Positions 1 through 7,710 of a stretch of DNA of 64,000 nucleotides are shown here, in pieces. The stretch is from positions 288,001-352,000 of the IMG/VR virus record IMGVR_UViG_3300011989_000257; one strand, 5' to 3'. The stretch is from a virus. Lineage: Duplodnaviria > Caudoviricetes. Position 1 is the stretch's first letter. The number at the start of each line of letters is the position of its first letter. The translations under genes and the position numbers were made by a program. The notes under the pieces were generated by a model that saw only the letters and a program-made list of their open reading frames with translations, ran no database searches and had not been told where the DNA came from.

Positions 1-25
1 TTTATCAATTTTTTTTCATTTACAA

Positions 26-60
26 TGCAAAGATATATCTTTTTTTTGTAAATTCCAAAT
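26..60 (-). promoter_or_regulatory. Bacteroidota-type primary-sigma promoter (TTTG -33 / TAnnTTTG -7); first of 16 copies
   Basis: Minus strand ATTTGG-N19-TATCTTTGCA. The same 35-nt architecture recurs at 2372, 6607, 10540, 10858, 14245, 15072, 18843, 22010, 23558, 25362, 27654, 31177, 33776 and 37838 (minus) and at 50330 (plus). Confidence 0.85.
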
Positions 61-81
61 TTTTTGGGAACTTTTTTTCAT

Positions 82-441
82 TTATTCACTTAAAACTGCT
101 TCCCATTCACTTTCCATTTGGTTTACATACTCATTTTCATCATCTTCACAATCACTATCTGTTATTTTAGATAAATGCTCAATAATCTTTTTTGTGCCAA
201 TTTTAGATGCATATAACTCACGCACACCTTTCAGTCTAATTCTTCGGTTACAAGTATATCCATCTACAGTACCACTTACCCAACAATCTGAATTTGAAGT
301 TGTGGATGCACAAAATGTAATTTTATCGCCCTCAATTGCTTCATATTCATTCGTGTTAGTGTTGAACAGTCTTCCATTTTTAATAATAAGACACTTTTCA
401 AACACATTAAGAACAAGACAATTGTTTATCTCTATTATCAT
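82..441 (-). CDS. hypothetical protein
   Basis: 119-aa ORF with ATG start, same orientation as neighbours. Confidence 0.7.
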   Translation of the reverse strand: MIIEINNCLVLNVFEKCLIIKNGRLFNTNTNEYEAIEGDKITFCASTTSNSDCWVSGTVDGYTCNRRIRLKGVRELYASKIGTKKIIEHLSKITDSDCEDDENEYVNQMESEWEAVLSE

Positions 442-466
442 AACATTTTTCTAAAAATAAAAACAG

Positions 467-538
467 TACTCCCAGAAGGAATTGCACCCTCATCATGACA
501 TCCGTAGTGTCGCATTCTATCTGTTGAACTATGGGAGC
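467..538 (-). tRNA. tRNA-Arg(ACG)
   Basis: Acceptor GCTCCCA/TGGGAGT; anticodon loop CTACGGA; T arm GAGGG-TGCAATT-CCTTC. Confidence 0.85.
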
Positions 539-545
539 AAATCAA

Positions 546-687
546 GGAAGCGTAGGTTTATTATGACTATTGTTTCCCTTTAATCACTTTCACTGCTACT
601 ATACTTCACAATTACAGTGTGGTACTTCAGCCCTTTGCCTAATTTCAAGAAGTAACGTTAATTATTATTCAACTGCTGTACGCTTCC
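546..687 (-). ncRNA. CAGCA-stem ncRNA element 1 (contains a Tyr-like anticodon hairpin)
   Basis: GGAAGCGTA-CAGCAG ... TACGCTTCC 9-bp closing stem; internal CACA-CTGTAAT-TGTG. Confidence 0.7.
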
Positions 688-711
688 AAAAGTATTTTTG
701 TGTCAATTGCG

Positions 712-978
712 TCAACCATAATGTCTAGCAAACTCTATCTCTGCGTCAGCTTCCTCCCTAGGGTTAACTTCTATACCATTATTGCCGTAATATTCACACT
801 TATTATAAATATTGCTAGCAATATTTGGCGATACATGTAGAGTTCTTGCCATATCAATGATTTTTTCTATTTTAGTTTTTGTGGGTGCTTGTTTTCTTTT
901 CTTTTTTACACCACTTCCAAACATTTTTTCTGCTCCATCAAAATAATAATACATATGTTGCTTATGTTTTAAATCCAA
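712..978 (-). CDS. hypothetical protein (start uncertain)
   Basis: 88-aa ORF between ncRNA elements. Confidence 0.55.
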   Translation of the reverse strand: MDLKHKQHMYYYFDGAEKMFGSGVKKKRKQAPTKTKIEKIIDMARTLHVSPNIASNIYNKCEYYGNNGIEVNPREEADAEIEFARHYG

Positions 979-986
979 AATAAAAA

Positions 987-1140
987 AGGAACGGTCAATT
1001 TACTGTCGTGACTAGACATTTGCTCTTTCGAGCGAATGGATAAGTGCCTCGCAATTATGATTTAGTGCTTCGCTTACCCTCATACAAATCTAATTAACAA
1101 AAAGCTTTAATTTAAATTAATAAGACTGCTGTACGTTCCT
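987..1140 (-). ncRNA. CAGCA-stem ncRNA element 2
   Basis: AGGAACG-TACAGCAG ... CGTTCCT followed by a T tract; internal hairpin CATTCGCTC-GAAA-GAGCAAATG. Confidence 0.7.
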
Positions 1141-1294
1141 AAAAAAAATTCCATACGAAGTTCCACCATATGTGGATTTTCTTAACTTGAATGGAATGAT
1201 ATTTCTCCACATCGTGCTCGGAGTCTAACCTTGCGACAGTGAACTTTGATGTGTGCTCTTCTGTTCCATATATCGATTCCGATGTGGAGATTTG

Positions 1295-1898
1295 TGATGG
1301 GGGTGGGATTCGAACCCACGACCTGAAGCTTCATACCACTCTATGTTACCATAGCCAACAAACGATGTTTTTAAACAGCTTATTACACAGCCTCCGCTTA
1401 CTGAGACGTTTGTTGTTGTAGTCTGGAATACATTTTTACCACATTGAAATTCTTGCAAGATACCAATCAGATTCCTATTCCAAGATGTGTTTTCTACTAA
1501 GTACACGGCATTGATAAATTTCAACTTAGGCATTCTTATCAGATGCATCTGAATAGAATGTGAGGGTATTCAATATATTTCCCTCATAACTCCTATATAC
1601 TCTCTACACGTTTATGAGCCTGTGACATTCCAACCTGAATATTACACGAGGTATTCACAGTATTTCATCTTACTCAATTTAGCACGGTATTATCCTCACA
1701 CATTATTGGTTAGTGCCGAGATAAAGTCGCAGACTCGAACCTTGGTCTTCACTATAAGTGACGTGTTTCCTATTACACCAAAATTATCTCGTACAAGGAT
1801 TTCCACCGTTTTAGGGAGTTTCTACTATGGGATTTCTCGCCATAGCATCCAATTTATTTATAGAAGGCTCCTGCTCTGTCCAACTGAGCTACCCCACC
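1295..1898 (-). tRNA. tRNA-Arg(TCT) interrupted by a group I intron (exons 1862-1898 and 1295-1331)
   Basis: 5' exon GGTGGGGTAGCTCAGTTGGACAGAGCAGGAGCCTTCT joined to 3' exon AAGCTTCAGGTCGTGGGTTCGAATCCCACCCCCATCA gives a complete cloverleaf with loop CTTCTAA. Confidence 0.9.
1332..1861 (-). mobile_element. group I intron (530 nt, no homing endonuclease ORF)
   Basis: Follows an exon U and ends in G. Core-like motifs AAAACGGTGGAAATCC (P), AATACCGTGCTAA (Q), GTGTAGAGAGTATA (R) and AAAATGTATTCC (S); R/S can pair GAGTATA/TGTATTC. Confidence 0.85.
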
Positions 1899-1905
1899 AT
1901 TTTTT

Positions 1906-2175
1906 TTATTTCGGTTCAAAATAACTTTCTTTTTTGCATTTGCCAATGCTTTCATATGTAATTGCCCCAAAGTTCTTACTTAGCAGACACATATCATAAT
2001 TATCAAAGTATTTGCAATTTGAGCAAAAACTATTTTCATAACTCTTTACATAATCCTCATCAATAAATGAATAAGAATCATCAACTAATGGCGCTTTTTT
2101 AATTTCATATACAATTATAAGAATCGACACAACAAATAATGATATAATAGTGCCAAGTAAAATTGTCCAAATCAT
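1906..2175 (-). CDS. small membrane-anchored Cys-containing protein
   Basis: Hydrophobic N-terminus followed by CxxC and further Cys. Confidence 0.65.
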   Translation of the reverse strand: MIWTILLGTIISLFVVSILIIVYEIKKAPLVDDSYSFIDEDYVKSYENSFCSNCKYFDNYDMCLLSKNFGAITYESIGKCKKESYFEPK

Positions 2176-2351
2176 ATCCCTTTTCTCATCTTAATTTTTT
2201 TAGCCACAGCCTCAATATCATTATCGAAAGATTTTCTTCTCTCTTCTTCTGACATTGGCTTACTATCTTTCTTATTAAGATAATTGCTTATCACCACAAG
2301 TACAAGTACCATAATAAAGGCAACAAACAATATAAATAATATCCTTCCCAT
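2172..2351 (-). CDS. small membrane protein (59 aa, not in the ORF track)
   Basis: MGRILFILFVAFIMVLVLVVISNYLNKK..., just downstream of promoter 2372-2406; ATGA overlap with the next gene. Confidence 0.6.
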   Translation of the reverse strand: MGRILFILFVAFIMVLVLVVISNYLNKKDSKPMSEEERRKSFDNDIEAVAKKIKMRKGI

Positions 2352-2425
2352 ATACTATAATATTTTCACAATGCAAAGATACTAAAAAAAATTGGAATAA
2401 CCAAATTTTATTAGAACTTTTTTTG

Positions 2426-2513
2426 TGCCCCTAGTAGGACTCAAACCTACACGCTACTATTACTTCACACTAGATTCTAATTCTAGGGTGTCTATCAATT
2501 CCACCATAGGGGC
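2426..2513 (-). tRNA. tRNA-Leu(TAG)
   Basis: Acceptor GCCCCTA/TAGGGGC; CTAGA-ATTAGAA-TCTAG; long variable arm. Confidence 0.85.
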
Positions 2514-2519
2514 AAATAC

Positions 2520-2668
2520 GGAAACAACTTTCGTTTTTAACTGCCGTGTCTACCACTCCACCACCACTTGATATCTAATACTAATAGTGTCAAGTGGGTA
2601 GGATTCGAACCTACGAACCTTTCGGTAGCAGTTCCCTCATAAAAGAAATAATATTGCTGTATGTTTCC
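2520..2668 (-). ncRNA. CAGCA-stem element 3: circularly permuted Leu-like tRNA body opened at the anticodon loop
   Basis: GGAAACA-TACAGCAA ... AACTGC-variable arm-GTAGGTTCGAATCCTAC-CCACTTG-linker-CAAGTGG-TGGTGGAGTGGTAGACAC-GGCAGTT ... TGTTTCC. Confidence 0.85.
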
Positions 2669-2675
2669 TTAAAGG

Positions 2676-2748
2676 TGGGCCCACCCAGATTCGAACTGGG
2701 GATACAGGATTATGAGTCGTGCGTTTTAACCTATTGAACTACAGGCCC
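2676..2748 (-). tRNA. tRNA(CAT), probably Ile2-type
   Basis: Acceptor GGGCCTG/TGGGCCC; loop CTCATAA; one C-C mismatch in the anticodon stem. Confidence 0.8.
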
Positions 2749-3309
2749 TTATTCATTTAATTTTCTTAGACGTTGAATGATTTTTCTAGTTATACCAAAA
2801 TGTTTGGCAACTTTTTCCCAAGATTTCAACTCATTATATTTTTCTACTAATTCATTGTATGATGGATATTTTTCATTTATTTCAGCTTCTCTGCACTCTT
2901 TAGAACAATAAAGTTTACCAGCTACATAATCAAATTCCTTTCCACAGTGCTTACATATCGCTTTTCTTTTTATGCTAGAAAATACTGAGGAATGCTTTGA
3001 CTGCATTTCTTCAATTAAATTATCTATGTTATCTTTATCAAACTGAGGGTTGTGTAACTCTCTATGACAATTTGAACATACAATAATACATTTATCAAGT
3101 TCCTCAAGAATTTTTCCTTTGGTTGTATTCGATAAGTGCCTTGAGTCTAACTGAAAACTCTTAATGCTAGGGTCTAAATGGTGAAATTCTAATGCTGCAA
3201 TATTTTTATCATATCCACACCTTTCACATTTCCCCCCTTTTAATCTGATAATTTCTAATTTCCTACTTAATGCTCTTTCTTTTTGTTTCAAATAATCATT
3301 TGGATTCAT
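2749..3309 (-). CDS. HNH homing endonuclease-like protein
   Basis: CERCG...LEFHH...CSNCHRELH HNH motif, a second CxxC...CxxxC, and a C-terminal HTH-like segment. Confidence 0.85.
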   Translation of the reverse strand: MNPNDYLKQKERALSRKLEIIRLKGGKCERCGYDKNIAALEFHHLDPSIKSFQLDSRHLSNTTKGKILEELDKCIIVCSNCHRELHNPQFDKDNIDNLIEEMQSKHSSVFSSIKRKAICKHCGKEFDYVAGKLYCSKECREAEINEKYPSYNELVEKYNELKSWEKVAKHFGITRKIIQRLRKLNE

Positions 3310-3419
3310 AATACTATTCTTTTTATATATAAATAGTACTTAAACCTCAAAAGTTATTATGATATACATAATTAATTAGTAATATGTTCTAATCATTTTA
3401 TAAATTTAGGCGCTTTAAC

Positions 3420-3452
3420 GTCTGCTGCTCTGACCAACTGAGCTAAAGGCCC
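3420..3452 (-). pseudogene. orphan 5' half of a tRNA (Ile2-like), truncated at the anticodon loop
   Basis: GGGCCTTTAGCTCAGTTGGTCAGAGCAGCAGAC followed by unrelated sequence upstream of the HNH gene. Confidence 0.75.
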
Positions 3453-3462
3453 CTTTATAATT

Positions 3463-3666
3463 TTAAATCATATTATTCCAATATGGATAATTTTTTCTTT
3501 CAGATAATGGTGTATCATACAATTCATAACTTGCACCACAATAAGGGCAACTTGCATTTGTCACCATTGCATCGTCTTCTTCTGACAATTCTTCTCCATT
3601 AATTTCACTGAGCATAAAATTACCTCCAATAATGAGGTCATGCCCACAACGCATACATTTTTCCAT
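3463..3666 (-). CDS. small zinc-ribbon protein (67 aa)
   Basis: MEKCMRCG...CPYCG; the longer ORF-track version runs through tRNAs. Confidence 0.7.
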   Translation of the reverse strand: MEKCMRCGHDLIIGGNFMLSEINGEELSEEDDAMVTNASCPYCGASYELYDTPLSERKNYPYWNNMI

Positions 3667-3689
3667 ATTGTTAGTTTTTAGTTTGATAG

Positions 3690-3803
3690 AGCCGTGTGCT
3701 GGATTCGAACCAACGTTTGTACTTAAACACCCCTTGTGCATATGCTGGTACCTATTGGGGTCGCCTCGTTTGCGCTGTGCTGACCGTCTTACACTAACAC
3801 GGC
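3690..3803 (-). ncRNA. tRNA-like RNA with greatly expanded anticodon domain
   Basis: Perfect GCCGTGT/ACACGGC acceptor and normal D and T arms; ~55 nt replaces the anticodon arm. Confidence 0.7.
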
Positions 3804-3812
3804 AATTTTTAG

Positions 3813-3886
3813 AGCGTGTGAGGAGGCTCGAACTCCCAGCCTTTGCCTTGGCAAGGCAACTATCTAACCAATTGATATACACACGC
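3813..3886 (-). tRNA. tRNA-Gly(GCC)
   Basis: GCGTGTG/CACACGC-T; TTGCC-TTGCCAA-GGCAA. Confidence 0.9.
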
Positions 3887-3892
3887 AAATAA

Positions 3893-4042
3893 GGAAACGT
3901 TTTTTTGTTTATTGATACTGCTCTAGCCAACTGAGCTACCGCCACATATTAGTTGTTGTATTATAGAGTGGCGGGTGGGATTCGAACCCACGACCCGTAG
4001 CTTGGAATGCTTTGTAAACGAATAACCTTGCTGCACGTTTCC
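3893..4042 (-). ncRNA. CAGCA-stem element 4: circularly permuted Gly-like tRNA body opened at the anticodon arm
   Basis: GGAAACGT-GCAGCAA ... TTCCAA-GCTAC-GGGTC-GTGGGTTCGAATCCCAC-CCGCCAC-linker-GTGGCGG-TAGCTCAGTTGGCTAGAGC-AGTATC ... ACGTTTCC. Confidence 0.85.
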
Positions 4043-4046
4043 ACTG

Positions 4047-4118
4047 AGACGATGAACGGAATCGAACCGTCATCCTTTGCTTGGGAAGCAAATACACTAG
4101 CCACTGTGCTACACCGTC
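4047..4118 (-). tRNA. tRNA-Gly(CCC)
   Basis: GACGGTG/CATCGTC-T; TTTGC-TTCCCAA-GCAAA. Confidence 0.85.
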
Positions 4119-4293
4119 AAAATAAGTTCGTTTTTTATAACCGTATAACGAAACCAAAATTCCCACACCTACGATTGGGAAATAGTTTGAAAAGTTTGCA
4201 GATGGATACAACTGGGTATTCCATATACACTTCTCAGGGACTATCCACGTTACGTTGAGCCTCAAATCTCTTTTGAGATTTTTTTTAATTTTG

Positions 4294-4371
4294 AGTGGGA
4301 TAACGGAATCGAACCGTCGCTTGCCTACACCTTGGAAGGGTGTCGTGCGCCTCCAACTACACTAATCCCAC
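4294..4371 (-). tRNA. tRNA-Gly(TCC)
   Basis: GTGGGAT/ATCCCAC-T; ACACC-CTTCCAA-GGTGT. Confidence 0.85.
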
Positions 4372-4566
4372 ATAAGTGAACTAACTTTGTGACATTGCAA
4401 AACCAATGTCTGGTTTGGTATTAGTCCATGAGCTGTTTACCATTATTGCAGCAACCGTTTATCTAACCATTGATGAAGATGAAAGGAGAATGTAGACAAA
4501 ATAAATGGCTGATAAACTTTGGGTTTTAGCATCTACCCACAAGCCTATATTTCTCCTAATTTCGAG

Positions 4567-5586
4567 TTACTGAACAGTAATTACAATGGCTGTTCTACCC
4601 TTCTCAGAGTCAACACCCTTACCTTCTGCACTAGCAACCTTAATACCCCTCTTGGTCAGAAAGTCAGCAACCTTTGCAGCTCTCATTTCAGAAAGCTTCT
4701 GATTGAACTCCTTATTACCTTCTGGTGATGCAGTAGCAGTAACATCTACAATTGAATTCTCGCCAATCTGATTAAGGATAAATACAGCGGCAGGTGTCAA
4801 TGTTGACTTACCGAATTCAAATGGAACAATCCACTTTGCAGTTCCCTCATTTACAGTAACAGTTTTCTCTACTACCTTCTCTACCTCCTTAATCTGAGGC
4901 TCACGACTCTCGCACTCCGCAATCCTACCGTTGAGGTATGAAATCTCATTAAGCATAGCACCTACGTCATAAGTCTTGAAGTGGTGTGTACCATTACCGT
5001 TCTTGAAGTGATAAATAAATGACACATTAACTGCCAACTGTGCGTTGTGCTTGTCGAAATGGATATGACCAGGCTTGTTAAGATTCCAATAAACTGCTGG
5101 AGTTACAACAATTGAAGTTGCCTTATTCTTGCCAAGGTTAAAAGCAAGGTCAAGACCAGTCTTTGCTGTCATGTAGTTCGCTGATGTGTTCCATGTGTGA
5201 AGCCAACCAATACCAGTTACGGTACTAACCTCAAAAACACGTGGCGTACCATTATACCCCCCAAAGATATTGGACAAGTTAAATACCGCATTTGCGCCAA
5301 CATTTGTAGCCTTGATAGCAGTTTTAATGTCACTGAAATGGTTGTCATTCAGTACTGCCAAACCCTCTGCTTGAATACCAAACACAGGAGAAAAATCCTT
5401 CTGTACTTTCAGTCCTACATTAGTGTTGAGTGGGAACATTGAATTGAAGTCAAGAGGTGTAGAAACACCAGCGGTCACTCCAAAACTAATGTTGTCGAAA
5501 ACACGACTGTTCTCAGTCGCAATCTGTGCGTTTGCACTCGTAAATGCACTTACCATGAGTGCAAACATCAAAACAAATTTCTTCAT
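4567..5586 (-). CDS. OmpA-family outer membrane protein (Bacteroidota type)
   Basis: Signal peptide, beta-barrel-like N-terminal region, coiled linker, and C-terminal ASPEG..NQKLSEMRA OmpA motif. Confidence 0.8.
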   Translation of the reverse strand: MKKFVLMFALMVSAFTSANAQIATENSRVFDNISFGVTAGVSTPLDFNSMFPLNTNVGLKVQKDFSPVFGIQAEGLAVLNDNHFSDIKTAIKATNVGANAVFNLSNIFGGYNGTPRVFEVSTVTGIGWLHTWNTSANYMTAKTGLDLAFNLGKNKATSIVVTPAVYWNLNKPGHIHFDKHNAQLAVNVSFIYHFKNGNGTHHFKTYDVGAMLNEISYLNGRIAECESREPQIKEVEKVVEKTVTVNEGTAKWIVPFEFGKSTLTPAAVFILNQIGENSIVDVTATASPEGNKEFNQKLSEMRAAKVADFLTKRGIKVASAEGKGVDSEKGRTAIVITVQ

Positions 5587-5636
5587 AACTTTTCTTTTTT
5601 TTTTGATTTTTGTTTAAATTATTATCACTAGAAAAA

Positions 5637-5746
5637 GGGAACTTTATTTTCGGTGGGATTCGAACCCACAAGTGCATTAAGCACAAAAGATTTCAAGTCT
5701 CTCAAGTCAACCATTCCTTCACGATGAATACTTGCTGTAAGTTCCC
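5637..5746 (-). ncRNA. CAGCA-stem element 5: Ser(TGA)-like tRNA body whose acceptor stem is replaced by the conserved stem
   Basis: GGGAACTT-ACAGCAA ... D arm, AGAGA-CTTGAAA-TCTTT, variable arm GTGC-TTAAT-GCAC, GTGGGTTCGAATCCCAC ... AAGTTCCC. Confidence 0.8.
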
Positions 5747-5755
5747 ACATATTTT

Positions 5756-6079
5756 TTACCAATCTTCAAAAGGGAGGTCATCATAATCTACCTCCTTTCT
5801 AACACCCCACTTATATAAGTAATGTGGTATACCATCAACCAAATCCTTCCTAAAAGTAGGTGTTTGCATTTCAAGTCCTTTTCTAGTAAAGGTCTTTTCT
5901 ATTAATTCAAAAGCCTCAGAACAATATGGATATGTTGTCTCAATTTCAACCTTTAGAAACTGAACATAACTTAAGTCATTCTTTGACTTATCAATCGCCT
6001 CTTGTATCTTCCTTATAAAATAAAGACAATACTTAGGAAAATTAATATCATCCTTTGTTATTTTCTTATATTCGCTCAT
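5756..6079 (-). CDS. hypothetical protein
   Basis: 107-aa ORF ending DDLPFEDW. Confidence 0.7.
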   Translation of the reverse strand: MSEYKKITKDDINFPKYCLYFIRKIQEAIDKSKNDLSYVQFLKVEIETTYPYCSEAFELIEKTFTRKGLEMQTPTFRKDLVDGIPHYLYKWGVRKEVDYDDLPFEDW

Positions 6080-6240
6080 AACATTATCAAATTAAAAACA
6101 TCAACTATCACGTCTGGGTTGCTACTAGAGACCTCACCTCCACCACTACCTCTCCAGGAAGATAACCTGGTACATTCTTTCGATTTTCACGACCCCACCG
6201 TTTATTGGACTGACATGGTAACGATTATTTGATGTTTATG

Positions 6241-6313
6241 TCGAGGTGACAGGGCTCGAACCTGCGACCTCATGGTCCCAAACCACGTGCTCTACCTACT
6301 GAGCTACGCCTCG
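6241..6313 (-). tRNA. tRNA-Pro(TGG)
   Basis: CGAGGCG/CACCTCG-A; CGTGG-TTTGGGA-CCATG; canonical D and T arms. Confidence 0.9.
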
Positions 6314-6459
6314 ATTAGTTACCTTTAATCATAAGGTACTCCTTCTTCTTCTCCAGCATAGATATAAGGGTCTTCATTATCTTTGATGTAATCCCATTCC
6401 CCATATCTATCATAATAACCATCTGCACAAGCCATAATTCATTAATTTTTAAAAAAGTC

Positions 6460-6575
6460 GGAAACATTTTTTCTTACTTAGCTATCACACCTAATGGCGT
6501 GAGTTGGACTTGAACCAACGACCCTTAAATTATGAATTTAATGCTATACCCATTATAAACTTGCTGTATGTTTCC
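6460..6575 (-). ncRNA. CAGCA-stem element 6: circularly permuted tRNA(CAT) body opened in the D loop
   Basis: GGAAACAT-ACAGCAA ... GGTATAGC-A-TTAAA-TTCATAA-TTTAA-GGGTC-GTTGGTTCAAGTCCAAC-TCACGCC-ATTA-GGTGTGA-TAGCTA ... ATGTTTCC. Confidence 0.85.
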
Positions 6576-6643
6576 TTTTATGTTTTAGCTACATTTATTT
6601 TATCTTTGCAAAGATATATATTTTTTTTGTGAATTCCAAATTT

Positions 6644-7030
6644 TTAATCAATTTTTTTCAATGGAACGAACAAATCATACCCATTATCATCTTGAAAATG
6701 ATTTATTTTGGCATCTTGCCATTCACCGAATTTATATCTTTTATATTCAAAGCACTTGCCATTCCAAGTTGCTTTATCCGCATTTCTGCAATCACCTTCA
6801 TAAGTTGTACCAATTTCAAGTTTGTCCTTTGGTATTGCTCCACAACGTATGAGGTTTTTCACAATAACCTCTTCATATATATGAGGGTCATCAACCTTTG
6901 GTATACTTGGTATGTCATCAATTGTTTTGAATGGTTTTAGGTTTTTGAACCTCTCTATTCTTTCGATGTCTTCTTTTGCTTTTCTTTCACGAAGTTTTTG
7001 TTTTATTTTTTCTAATTTCTCACTTTCCAT
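6644..7030 (-). CDS. hypothetical protein
   Basis: 128-aa ORF with ATG start. Confidence 0.75.
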   Translation of the reverse strand: MESEKLEKIKQKLRERKAKEDIERIERFKNLKPFKTIDDIPSIPKVDDPHIYEEVIVKNLIRCGAIPKDKLEIGTTYEGDCRNADKATWNGKCFEYKRYKFGEWQDAKINHFQDDNGYDLFVPLKKID

Positions 7031-7213
7031 TTATCTAACCTCTATTCTATCTCCACATTGCGGACATGTGATAAACTTTCCCATATACGTTTCACCAGCG
7101 TATGACTGTACACCGTATGAGCATTCCTTCTCCTCAATGTCAGTATCATCATACTTCAGCATTGAGCCACAGCGATAACACTTAACTACATTTCCTTTAA
7201 TCTTCCTTACCAT
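7031..7213 (-). CDS. small zinc-ribbon protein (60 aa)
   Basis: MVRKIKGNVVKCYRCG...CPQCG; the upstream ORF extension overlaps tRNA-His. Confidence 0.7.
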   Translation of the reverse strand: MVRKIKGNVVKCYRCGSMLKYDDTDIEEKECSYGVQSYAGETYMGKFITCPQCGDRIEVR

Positions 7214-7236
7214 AACACTATATATTTTGTATTTTG

Positions 7237-7310
7237 GGGGCAGTGAGGGATTCAAACCCACGTAAACAAGTGCCACAAACTTGCGCCTAAGTCTCTCGGC
7301 CAACTGTCCC
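7237..7310 (-). tRNA. tRNA-His(GTG)
   Basis: G-1:C73 pair; CAAGT-TTGTGGC-ACTTG; T arm present. Confidence 0.85.
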
Positions 7311-7498
7311 ATATTTGAACAGTAGTATATACCATTACGAGCAGATACCATTTACAGTTACTTTCAAGTTGAAACCCATCTACTTTTATGCGCACTTATT
7401 ATGTAGTCAACTTCTTCCTTTACTTGTCTGTTCTTCTGAGTGGATTGAATTTTATTCCCTACTTGGGGAAAAACCGTGCCACCATCTAAAAAAGGGTG

Positions 7499-7581
7499 TG
7501 GACTGTATCGGACTCGAACCGATGTTTCGCAGTTTGCTACGCCTTATACCGCATTTGCTCACCTGGTTGCATCAACAGCCC
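7499..7581 (-). ncRNA. tRNA-like RNA with a 14-nt anticodon-position loop
   Basis: GGGCTGT/ACAGTCC-A; ATCGG-TTCGAGT-CCGAT; TGCGGT-(14 nt)-ACTGCG. Confidence 0.65.
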
Positions 7582-7587
7582 ATAAAC

Positions 7588-7707
7588 AGGAATCTTTTTT
7601 AACTTTCGGTAGTGTTGGGCTTGAACCAACGACCTCTTGGTAAAATCCAAGGCTCTAACCAACTGAGCTAACTGTCGTGCGTTATTACCTATTGCTGTAA
7701 GATTCCT
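7588..7707 (-). ncRNA. CAGCA-stem element 7: colinear tRNA body with degenerate acceptor and a 6-nt anticodon loop
   Basis: AGGAATCTT-ACAGCAA ... TAGCTCAGTTGGTTAGAGC-CTTGG-ATTTTA-CCAAG-AGGTC-GTTGGTTCAAGCCCAAC ... AAGATTCCT. Confidence 0.8.
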
Positions 7708-7710
7708 TTG

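Noticed and set aside
1225-1924. ORFs 1225-1548, 1239-1421 and 1622-1924 as an intron-encoded endonuclease
   Set aside because: No nuclease motifs; they overlap the tRNA exon and intron core.
2749-3419. HNH as part of a spliced tRNA intron
   Set aside because: A complete tRNA follows the ORF, and no group I/II core is visible in the short flanks.
3463-4265. Long ORF-track calls 3463-3945 and 3936-4265 (also 7031-7351 and 9319-9513)
   Set aside because: They read through tRNA or tRNA-like genes; only the downstream zinc-ribbon parts are credible.
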